Positions 1-8,232 of a DNA stretch of 64,000 bases are shown here, one piece after another. How positions within the stretch are numbered: position 1 is the first letter of the stretch; each line of letters starts with the position of its first letter. The notes below the pieces were generated by a model. The model searched no databases. It was not told the DNA's origin and saw only the letters and a program-made list of their open reading frames with translations. This DNA is from Methanobacteriota archaeon (GTDB lineage: Archaea > Thermoplasmatota > Thermoplasmata > Thermoplasmatales > Aciduliprofundaceae): contig JAADDK010000002.1 in assembly GCA_013154005.1 (NCBI GenBank), forward strand, positions 1,729 through 65,728. The letters are read 5' to 3'. The translations under genes were made by a program, and so were the position numbers.

Positions 1-1
1 G

Positions 2-304
2 GCAGCTATAATTCTGGGCGGATTCATCATAGGTGTTTCTGTTGCATTTATAAATGCGCCATCCACGGCGGTTTTTCAGAGAGTCATATCTGAAGAATAC
101 CGTGGGCGTGTTTTCGGGGCGCAGGGTGCTGTGATTCAGGGAGTCACGCTGATTTCAATAGTTATTATGGGTATTCTTGTGGAGATATTTGGGGTATTAC
201 CTGTCATCATAGCGTCTGGCATAATTCTGACCATTTTTGCCGGAATTCTAATCCTTTATAAGCCCGTGGTTATACTATTAAGTGGTGAAAATTTACCGGA
301 ATAA
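2..304 (+). CDS. C-terminal fragment of a multi-pass membrane transporter (MFS-like); 5' end lies outside the window
   Basis: The frame is open from the window edge to TAA at 302-304. Translation is AAIILGGFIIGVSVAFINAPSTAVFQRVISEEYRGRVFGAQGAVIQGVTLISIVIMGILVEIFGVLPVIIASGIILTIFAGILILYKP..., i.e. hydrophobic helices around a short basic loop. It is absent from the ORF track because there is no start codon in the window. Confidence 0.5.
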   Translation, partial: AAIILGGFIIGVSVAFINAPSTAVFQRVISEEYRGRVFGAQGAVIQGVTLISIVIMGILVEIFGVLPVIIASGIILTIFAGILILYKPVVILLSGENLPE

Positions 305-430
305 CCATTGCATATTTTTGAGATATGAGGTGTTCCATTGGAAATGTGCATTTCCACTGGAAGCAACGGAAAGTATATATACGACTTGGGACATACATAA
401 GTCGGACAAAAAATAGGGAAGGGAGCAAAA

Positions 431-790
431 ATGTCAGATTCATCACGTATAACAATACGGCTTTCGCAGACGGCTATGGAGCAGATGCAAAAGCTTGTGG
501 AAAGTGGCGAATTTAAAAACATATCGGATGTTGTGCGTACCGCAATAGAGCGGTTTCTTAGTGAGAAATTCTCACCTCCTAATGTTGAGAGGGTATCTGT
601 GGATCTGCCTAAAAAAACAAAAGACCTTCTGGTGGAATTAGTTGAGAGTGGGGAGATTGAGGCTGTGGATATGAATGATGCCATTCGTCTTGCGGTGAAG
701 GAATATGTAAGAAGGTACATCTCTCAGGCGGCTGAAAATGAAATAAAGAAGGAAATCGAAAAAATAAAGGAGCAGGGGGGAGATATTTGA
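431..790 (+). CDS. Tandem ribbon-helix-helix (CopG/Arc/MetJ-type) DNA-binding protein; first unit is CdrS-like
   Basis: There are two RHH units: SRITIRLSQTAMEQMQKLVESGEFKNISDVVRTAIERFL and ERVSVDLPKKTKDLLVELVESGEIEAVDMNDAIRLAVKEYV. A TATA-like tatatata lies about 50 nt upstream. The stop TGA at 788-790 overlaps the ftsZ start TTG at 787. Confidence 0.75.
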   Translation: MSDSSRITIRLSQTAMEQMQKLVESGEFKNISDVVRTAIERFLSEKFSPPNVERVSVDLPKKTKDLLVELVESGEIEAVDMNDAIRLAVKEYVRRYISQAAENEIKKEIEKIKEQGGDI

Positions 791-1818
791 GCTTGTCTTA
801 CATACTTCGTCGTGTCTCTGAGTACACGGAGAGCGATATGCATTTTGATGTTCAGAATCCCAATATTGTGGTTGTGGGGGTGGGCGGCTCCGGGTGCAAC
901 ACGGTATCCAGAATGAAGCGATTGGGTCTGGAAGTACCCACCATAGCGGTTAACACCGATATGGTAAACTTACGCATGGTGGATGCGGACAAGAAAATTT
1001 ATTTGAAAACGCGTACTGGAAGAAGCACGGGGGGCCATGTGGAGGAGGGTGAAGCCAGTGCCCTGATGGCGAGAGACTACCTTGAGAGATCTCTGGAAGG
1101 TTCGGATATTGTGTTCATCACCACGGGTCTGGGAGGCGGTACGGGCACAGGAGCCACGCCAGTAATAGCGGATATTGCGAGAAAGCTGGGCGCACTGGTT
1201 ATTTCCATTGTCAGTTTGCCTTTTGAAATTGAGAATATGCACGTGAAGCGTGCCCGTGAGGGGCTAAAGAAAATCATGGAATATTCGAATACGGTGATTG
1301 TGCTTGAGAATGAGAAGCTTCTGGATATAGTGCCCAACAAGCCGCTCAACGAGGCGTTTATGGTGATGGACCAGCTCATAAGTTATACAATTATGTCGTT
1401 TGTGGATATGATTACCAAGCCTTCGCTCATCAATATAGACCTTGCGGACCTGAGATACATGCTTGAGAGGGGCAATCTATCCACGATTCTCATAAGTGAG
1501 GGCGAGATAGACGATGTGCGCCGCATAGTCACAGACGCGCTAAACAACCCGCTGATGAATATCGATTATTCCACCGCGAACGGCGCCCTTATTCACATCA
1601 CGGTGGGCGAGGACGCATCTCTCAATACAATATATTCCACCGTGGATACCATATCCTCGTTCATGCGGAGAGACCCAAAGATTACCATGGGTGCGCGGAT
1701 AGACCCTGAGTACGGAAACAGAATGAGAATTCTCGTTGTGCTCACAGGTATAAAAGTCCCGTTTATGGAAAAGGTAAGGGAGATACCCGAGCTGGAGGAG
1801 GACTTTGAGGTAAGGTAA
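787..1818 (+). CDS. ftsZ: Cell division GTPase FtsZ (divergent, short, 343 aa)
   Basis: Motifs seen: IVVVGVGGSGCNTVSRM; the tubulin signature GLGGGTGTGATPVIADIARKLGALVISIVSLPF; NTVIVLENEKLL; and an acidic C-terminal tail EIPELEEDFEVR. It is translationally coupled to the upstream RHH gene. Confidence 0.9.
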   Translation: MSLSYILRRVSEYTESDMHFDVQNPNIVVVGVGGSGCNTVSRMKRLGLEVPTIAVNTDMVNLRMVDADKKIYLKTRTGRSTGGHVEEGEASALMARDYLERSLEGSDIVFITTGLGGGTGTGATPVIADIARKLGALVISIVSLPFEIENMHVKRAREGLKKIMEYSNTVIVLENEKLLDIVPNKPLNEAFMVMDQLISYTIMSFVDMITKPSLINIDLADLRYMLERGNLSTILISEGEIDDVRRIVTDALNNPLMNIDYSTANGALIHITVGEDASLNTIYSTVDTISSFMRRDPKITMGARIDPEYGNRMRILVVLTGIKVPFMEKVREIPELEEDFEVR

Positions 1819-1864
1819 AGTATTAAATTGGAAATTTCCATTACAAGTAAGGGAGGTTTGAAGA

Positions 1865-4800
1865 TTGCCAACGCCATATTTAAGCCGGCTAAAACTCGAA
1901 AAAGAGCTTGAGAAAAAAGCGCAGATGCTTAGAGAGAAGAAGGAAAAGTGCGATGCTTTGATGAGTGATGTGGAAAAGTACATGCAGATTTTAGAGGGCC
2001 GAATCGCTATTGATGATTATAAAGAGCAATACAAAAAGGGCCGTGAACTGTACGATATGAAGGACATGGATGCGGCCATAGAGGTTATGAAATCACTGCA
2101 TAGCGAGCTTCTTTCCAAACTCAAAGAGGTTTATAAAGAAGATAAGGAAAAAATTGAGAAAGTAATGGAAATGCTGTCCGGTGAGGACCTTGCGAAAATC
2201 CGTGCAGACCTTCGTGAAGGTGAAGAATATCTTGAAACCTCCCCCGAAAAGAGTTTTGAGATTCTGGATTCGATATCAAGCCGGCTGAAGGTAATTGTGG
2301 AAGAGAATATTGGTCATATGAAGATGGAGCTCGAGGGCTCTTTAGGGTCTATAGAGGGATTTGACTGGGTTAAAAAAGAGGTGGCGGAGGTTGGCGACGA
2401 GCCCACCACCGAGGCTCTTTTGAAATTACGGGAGATTCGGGACAGAGCCGTTAAAAAGGTGGAAGAGAAAATAAACATGGCGGTGAAGCGTGTAAACACA
2501 ATTGTGGAAATAGCCCACTCCGCACATTTCAATCTACCAATCGATAAAAGCCTGGAAAATAAGATATCGGAGCTGATGAGTGAGGGCAACTACGCAGGGG
2601 CACTCAGGGTTGCCGATGAATATCTTGCCAGTGCGAAGAAGGCATTTGAGTTCTTTTATCGCAAACTCTACGATATTGCCCGGCGCATAGTTGAAGAGGG
2701 CAAGGCCATGGATATAGAGATTGACAGTATAATGAGAATGCTGGAGCAATCGCGTAAAAAGTACGAAGAGGACAATTTTGAAGAAGCGGTAGCACTGATT
2801 AAAAAATCCACTGAAGAAGCGGAAAAATTGAAGGTTCAGAAAGTCATGGATACCATGAAAAAAGCGAGAGACATTTTCCTTCAGGCGAAATCGCAGGGGA
2901 TAGATATTGAGCCGTTTCTAAAAAGGATGGATAATGCGCGAAATTTCCTTAAAATAGGGAAGCCGAAGAGAGCATACGATATAATTCTGGAAACTCTTGA
3001 CATGGTTGAACGGAAGAAGAATCTGTACGAGCAGCTCAAATCGGAGATAAAGAGAATCAAAGAAATTGTTGAGGACCTGCGCAAGGAGAATATAGTGCTG
3101 GAGGGCGTGGATGAGAGTATTGCCAAGATAGATGCAGAGATAGAAAAGAGTCCTGAGCGTGCGGAGAAGATGGTGAACGAGCTTCGCGCAGGTATAAAAT
3201 CAAGCCTTAGGGATATTGCGCAGACACTTTACGGGGATATAGAAAAGCTCATTGATCTTGGAGAAAAAGAGGGGCTGGTGCTCGAAGATATGCGCCTCGC
3301 ACTGCGAGATATCAAGGGCCAGATTACCGATGAGAGCTATCGTGATGCCATTCTGGAGTTGCGAAAGATAGAAGAAGAGCTTTACTCGCGTACAGAAGCG
3401 TATCTTGAGGACATAGAAAAGCGCACATCCAAGTTCGAGGATAAAGATATAAAAGCAAAAATCGAAGCGGTTAAGAAGGATCTGGAAAATGCTGAATTAG
3501 AGGCGGCGTTTGAGAAGCTTGGCGAGATTCGGGAAAGGATATTCGAGATAGAGAGCAAGGGCTATATCGAGAGAATCAAAAAGCTTCGCGATGAGGTTGA
3601 GTTTTTGCGTGGCGCGGGCGGGAATGTGACCGAGATACTCAGTTACGTTGAAAGGGCTGAGGTTGCACTTAAAAAGAAAGATATAGTGCGCGTGGAGGAT
3701 TATATTTCTCGCAGTGAAGAAACGCTCAAAAATGTTGAGTCGCTGGTGGCGAAAGAAACGTTTGATTCTGCTAAGGCAATAGCGGCTGCCGCAAAAAGAA
3801 TTGGAGTGAACATATCTGCACAGGGTATACTCGGACTGCTTAAGAAGGCAAAGGAGAGCATAGAAAAAGGAGAGTATCATCGCTCCATAGAGTATTCGCT
3901 GGAAGCGAAGAAGAAATCCAAAGAGCTGAGAGATAAGGCGGAGCATGCTTACTCACTGTTGGTCAATGCGGCAAAACGCGTATCACGCATAAAGGAGATG
4001 AACGGCAAGGTTGACGAGCTGGCCAAGTTGCTGGTTGAAGCGAAGAAGAGTCTGGAAGATAACGATTTTGAGCGTGTAGAAAAACTTTCAAATGAGTGCA
4101 TACAGAAGGCGGATAAGATTGAGAAAAAGACGAAGATTGAGCAGATGCGCAAGGAGATAGATTCAATAGGTAAGGTGATGAGTGAGCTTGGACTCGCGGA
4201 TATATACAAGCAGAAGAGCCGGGAGTTTTACAGAAAATACGAGGATATGAAATACGATGAGCTTCCGCCAATTGGAGAGAAGGTGCTAAGCGAGCTTCGA
4301 GAGTACGTGGAGACGATACTCACTGATTATATAGGCAAGATTGAAACGGATATTTACGATGCCAAGGGCAAGGGATACAATCTGGACATCAATATGCAGG
4401 ACTTGGAAAACGCCGCGGACCTGTTCATAAAGAGGAAGTACATGGAATCGCTTTATCTGCTTAAGAAGCTGGAGAACCAGATTGCGGCCATTTATGAACG
4501 AAATGAGCGCATGGAGGAGTTGAAGAGCGAAATCAAAAAGTACATGGATATGGCGGTGTCGCTGGGTATAGATACCACGGAGTACAAGCGCCGGCTCGCG
4601 GAGCTGGAGCAGGAGAAGGATCTCAAAGTGGCTCAGAAAAAGGCGAAGAAAATCATATCGGATATAGAGGGTGCGCTTTACAAGAAGGTGCGCGCGCTCA
4701 TGGTTAAGGTGGAGAAGGAGTTAGACGCCATGCGCCGTCGTGGAGAAGATATAACTGCGCCTGAGAATATATTGAATAAGGCGAAAGATAAACTTAAAGA

Positions 4801-6718
4801 TAAAAAATACGTGGAATCTCTGAATCTGGTTATGAATGCGGTGGGTGAGATAGAGAAATACGAGATACAGAAGAACACCGCATACGGCATATTGAAGCGG
4901 CTGGGAGATAAGATAAAAGTTATGCAGAACGTGCTACCCAAGAAGATAGTGGACGAGTACGAGTACTCCAAGAAGCTGTTTCTTAAAGGTCTGTACGAGC
5001 AGTCTATAGAGCGCTCGATGAAGGTAAGCGAGGAGATATCCGAGATTGAGCGCATACTCAATTACATAAAGGAGAAGAACAAGCAGATTCGCGAGATGGT
5101 TATGCGTGCGCATCATCTTGGCATGGATGTGCGCGATGTGATTCGCATATTCAACAAGGCGAAGGAGGAGTTCAAGAACATGCATTATCAGGAATCTCTC
5201 AAGCTTGTGGACCAGTGCTATGCAGAGGCAAAATTGCTGATGATAGATGCCATGAACAAGTACAAGGGTGCGTACAGCCGCATGCTGAGTATGATGAAGC
5301 GCATGCACATAGATGATTATTTCAAGGATGATATTAGACAGATGGAGGAGTTGTTTGACAAGGGCGATTATGATTCAATAAAGGTAAAGTTGAGCGAGAT
5401 GAACAAAGCGCTCAACCAGAAGTTAGGTGAGCTGAGCAACGAGATGCTGAAAGAGTTTGCGGAGAAGAAGGCTCTGTTCAAGAGCATGCACGTGGATGCG
5501 GGCATAGATTTTGATAAAGAGGAGATGAAGCTTCGCGAATACCGAGCAAAAGATTTCAACAAGTTCTTTGAATATTACGCGTCACTTAACGAAAAGATAG
5601 AGTCGTACATGCCCAAGATTATCCGGAAGAAGGTGGAGGAGCTCAAATCTGAGTTTGATAAGTATGAGAGATACGGAGCGAACACCGAAGAATATCATTC
5701 CCGTCTTTACGAGATAATCTCCGAGATGGAAGAAAAAGATTACAACGAGATTTTCAAAATGCTAAGAGAGGTGGAAAACAAGTTCCGTGTTTACATAGAC
5801 GAGTATGTTAAGACTTTAATAGAGCGGGTTAAGAAGCGCGTGTCTGAGTTCAGCGAGGCGAAGGCTAACGAATACGTTGAGCGCATGGAAAAGCTTCGCA
5901 GTGTTGGTAACTACATCGATGCGATACGGGTTTACGAAGAGGCGAGCAATTTCGTGGGCAGATACAAAGTGTTCCGTGAAGATTTCGGGAAGAAGGTGGA
6001 AGAAGTTAAAGACCGGCTCCGGTTTGCTCTTTCGCTGGGATTGAAGGTTGGAGACCTTATCACCAAGCTGAAAGAAATAGAAGAGCATGCACCGGAGGAT
6101 ATGGAGCGTGCAAATCTGGAGCTGAAGGACCTCAAATCAGAGGTAAATAAGATGATAGACGCACTGGAGCCGCGCATTGAAGTGGATATCGAGCTTGGTG
6201 AGGAGTCGGGTGGGGTGATAAAAGCCACGCTGGGTGTGAAGAACACCGGTGACGTGGAGGCTCAGAACGTGCAGATACATATACGGGGAGCGCTCATCGC
6301 GGACAAGCCCATAGAGGTGCTCAAAGTGGATAAGGGGGCCAGAGAGGAAGTTGAAGCGACCCTGCGGATTGGAAAGGGCAATAAAGTTAGCATTGTGGCG
6401 CATTACAATCGGTTTGATGGTAAGGAGTACACGTATTCTCAGGAGTTCGAGGTGTCCGTGGAGAAGCCGAAGGAGGAGACCAAAGAGCCGAAAAAAGAGA
6501 AGCACGAGGAAAAAGAGAAGAGCAAGGAAGAAAGCAAGGGCTATCACATAGAGAAAGCCAAGGAGAAGGTTAAGTGTTCGTTCTGCCGTGGCACGATACT
6601 GCCCGCGATGAACCTCGATGTGGTAATCTGCGATAACTGCGGTGCAGTGTACCACGTGCCATGCGCGAAGAGGATAAAGAAGTGCAAGGTTTGCGGACAG
6701 GAGTTCAAGTTTGATTGA
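1865..6718 (+). CDS. Giant (1617 aa) helical-repeat protein with a C-terminal beta-sandwich (CARDB-like) domain and a C4HC3 zinc finger; function unknown
   Basis: TTG start is preceded by GGAGGT 7 nt upstream. It is a single long Lys/Glu-rich ORF with recurrent modules such as K-x2-G-[IV]-D ... G-x-[YF]-x2-[AS]. A beta-rich segment reads IEVDIELGEESGGVIKATLGVKNTGDVEAQNVQIHIRG.... The C-terminus is CSFC-x14-CDNC-x4-H-x2-C-x6-CKVC. No signal peptide or TM helix is evident. Confidence 0.85.
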   Translation: MPTPYLSRLKLEKELEKKAQMLREKKEKCDALMSDVEKYMQILEGRIAIDDYKEQYKKGRELYDMKDMDAAIEVMKSLHSELLSKLKEVYKEDKEKIEKVMEMLSGEDLAKIRADLREGEEYLETSPEKSFEILDSISSRLKVIVEENIGHMKMELEGSLGSIEGFDWVKKEVAEVGDEPTTEALLKLREIRDRAVKKVEEKINMAVKRVNTIVEIAHSAHFNLPIDKSLENKISELMSEGNYAGALRVADEYLASAKKAFEFFYRKLYDIARRIVEEGKAMDIEIDSIMRMLEQSRKKYEEDNFEEAVALIKKSTEEAEKLKVQKVMDTMKKARDIFLQAKSQGIDIEPFLKRMDNARNFLKIGKPKRAYDIILETLDMVERKKNLYEQLKSEIKRIKEIVEDLRKENIVLEGVDESIAKIDAEIEKSPERAEKMVNELRAGIKSSLRDIAQTLYGDIEKLIDLGEKEGLVLEDMRLALRDIKGQITDESYRDAILELRKIEEELYSRTEAYLEDIEKRTSKFEDKDIKAKIEAVKKDLENAELEAAFEKLGEIRERIFEIESKGYIERIKKLRDEVEFLRGAGGNVTEILSYVERAEVALKKKDIVRVEDYISRSEETLKNVESLVAKETFDSAKAIAAAAKRIGVNISAQGILGLLKKAKESIEKGEYHRSIEYSLEAKKKSKELRDKAEHAYSLLVNAAKRVSRIKEMNGKVDELAKLLVEAKKSLEDNDFERVEKLSNECIQKADKIEKKTKIEQMRKEIDSIGKVMSELGLADIYKQKSREFYRKYEDMKYDELPPIGEKVLSELREYVETILTDYIGKIETDIYDAKGKGYNLDINMQDLENAADLFIKRKYMESLYLLKKLENQIAAIYERNERMEELKSEIKKYMDMAVSLGIDTTEYKRRLAELEQEKDLKVAQKKAKKIISDIEGALYKKVRALMVKVEKELDAMRRRGEDITAPENILNKAKDKLKDKKYVESLNLVMNAVGEIEKYEIQKNTAYGILKRLGDKIKVMQNVLPKKIVDEYEYSKKLFLKGLYEQSIERSMKVSEEISEIERILNYIKEKNKQIREMVMRAHHLGMDVRDVIRIFNKAKEEFKNMHYQESLKLVDQCYAEAKLLMIDAMNKYKGAYSRMLSMMKRMHIDDYFKDDIRQMEELFDKGDYDSIKVKLSEMNKALNQKLGELSNEMLKEFAEKKALFKSMHVDAGIDFDKEEMKLREYRAKDFNKFFEYYASLNEKIESYMPKIIRKKVEELKSEFDKYERYGANTEEYHSRLYEIISEMEEKDYNEIFKMLREVENKFRVYIDEYVKTLIERVKKRVSEFSEAKANEYVERMEKLRSVGNYIDAIRVYEEASNFVGRYKVFREDFGKKVEEVKDRLRFALSLGLKVGDLITKLKEIEEHAPEDMERANLELKDLKSEVNKMIDALEPRIEVDIELGEESGGVIKATLGVKNTGDVEAQNVQIHIRGALIADKPIEVLKVDKGAREEVEATLRIGKGNKVSIVAHYNRFDGKEYTYSQEFEVSVEKPKEETKEPKKEKHEEKEKSKEESKGYHIEKAKEKVKCSFCRGTILPAMNLDVVICDNCGAVYHVPCAKRIKKCKVCGQEFKFD

Positions 6719-8192
6719 TATGCTCACAAAGAGATTTGGATTTGCCAAGGCCACGACGGGCGAGTTTGAGACGCCTATACTGTTAGATTGCGATGCGTTG
6801 CGCGAATCTGGCGAGATTCTGGGCCGTAGGGTGGAGCGGGGTGTGCATTATCCGCCGAGCATTTATCAGCGGGAGATTAAGATTGATGAGAACTTTTATC
6901 TCGTTCCCAACGCCAACGACCTGCTTCGCAATGCCAGGGATTTTGTGGATTACACGGTGAAAATAAGAAAAAAATACGGATTTGGAGCGATATTCTACCT
7001 TCCCGGAGCGCCCGCGCATCTCTATCCCGTGCTTTTCTATATGGGCTATGACGTGTTCGATGACTGCCATTCCCGCCTTGCAGGCGCCGCGCCGTGGGGG
7101 TCTTCCACTAATGATTACGGGAAGCAAATATTCGATATGACAGTCGATGCGTTTAACGAGGGCATGCTTCGGGAGTTCGTCGAGGGCATGCCAGACAATA
7201 AGAGTCAGGAGCTGCTTCGATATCTTGACCTTCACTACTGGAAAGAGCAGGAGCAGTTTTATCCCGCGCATAAAGAACGATTGAACGCAGTGAGCATGAA
7301 CTCTCTGTTTCGCCCGGATATACAGAGATGGTTTGAGCGATTGAAGGAAAGATACAAAAAACCCGATTACGCAAAGCATCTGCTTCTCATACCCTGCTCT
7401 GCCCGCAAGCCGTACTCTGAGTCGAAATCACATCGGTTGATGGCCCGATACATCAAATCCACCATGCATGAGGTCATACTCACCTCACCCCTGGGTCTCG
7501 TGCCCAGAGAGCTGGAATCTTTCTATCCCGCGAAGAATTACGATATACCCGTCATCGGGCACTGGTACGAGGAGGAGAAGAAATTAATACACGATATGCT
7601 GAGCTGGTACCTTGCCACGTTTGAGTATGACTCCGTGGTGGCGTATCTGCCCGAGAGCATGCGTTTTCTCCGCGAATTGCTCGAAAAGTACGATGCCGTG
7701 ATGCTCTGGGGCCATGACCTTGACTCTCTATCTACCGAGACCCGAAAACTTGGGTATCGGGTAAAACGCAGCGAGGTGCTGAGGCAGAATATGCAATCGC
7801 TCTCTCGCTTTCAGTTCGCGCACGAGTTCGATTTTGAGAACGTGCGTGTGGTGGGGCGTTATCCACGGGTGGATTTGAAGATGGACGGTGAAAGATTGTT
7901 TGGATACGACCTGCACCGGGGCATGCTCACACTGGCAGAAAGGTCGGCCCGTGAGCTCGCAGAGGCAGAAAAATACACTGTGGAAATTGACGATTTCTGG
8001 CCAGAAGGTGATGTTTTTGCGGCAGGAATACTTGAGGCCACTGCCGAAATTCGGGAAAGCGATGAGGTAGCGGTGGTTCATGATGGCGAATTGCGTGGCT
8101 GGGGCATTGCGAAAATGAGCGCTTACGATATGGTTAACGAATCTCGTGGCAAATCGGTGAAGATAAGATCATATCCGCATAAAAGGGCTTAA
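6711..8192 (+). CDS. arcS: Archaeosine synthase ArcS-like protein (truncated TGT-like N-terminus, DUF5591-type core, C-terminal PUA domain)
   Basis: Contains the LLIPCSARKPYSESKSH motif typical of the ArcS/DUF5591 core. The C-terminal PUA-like segment is DVFAAGILEATAEIRESDEVAVVHDGELRGWGIAKMSAYDM. Start is either TTG 6711 or ATG 6720, and it overlaps or abuts the stop of the giant gene. Confidence 0.65.
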   Translation: MIDMLTKRFGFAKATTGEFETPILLDCDALRESGEILGRRVERGVHYPPSIYQREIKIDENFYLVPNANDLLRNARDFVDYTVKIRKKYGFGAIFYLPGAPAHLYPVLFYMGYDVFDDCHSRLAGAAPWGSSTNDYGKQIFDMTVDAFNEGMLREFVEGMPDNKSQELLRYLDLHYWKEQEQFYPAHKERLNAVSMNSLFRPDIQRWFERLKERYKKPDYAKHLLLIPCSARKPYSESKSHRLMARYIKSTMHEVILTSPLGLVPRELESFYPAKNYDIPVIGHWYEEEKKLIHDMLSWYLATFEYDSVVAYLPESMRFLRELLEKYDAVMLWGHDLDSLSTETRKLGYRVKRSEVLRQNMQSLSRFQFAHEFDFENVRVVGRYPRVDLKMDGERLFGYDLHRGMLTLAERSARELAEAEKYTVEIDDFWPEGDVFAAGILEATAEIRESDEVAVVHDGELRGWGIAKMSAYDMVNESRGKSVKIRSYPHKRA

Positions 8193-8232
8193 TTTTTTAT
8201 ATTAGAATACAATTCTACCGAAACTTGAATGG

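Noticed and set aside
6137-6754. A 205-aa minus-strand ORF and a 66-aa Arg/Lys-rich plus-strand ORF (6351-6551) inside the 3' end of the giant gene.
   Set aside because: Both are alternative-frame or antisense products of a Lys/Glu-rich coding region. The main frame is continuous for 1617 codons and ends in a well-formed zinc finger.
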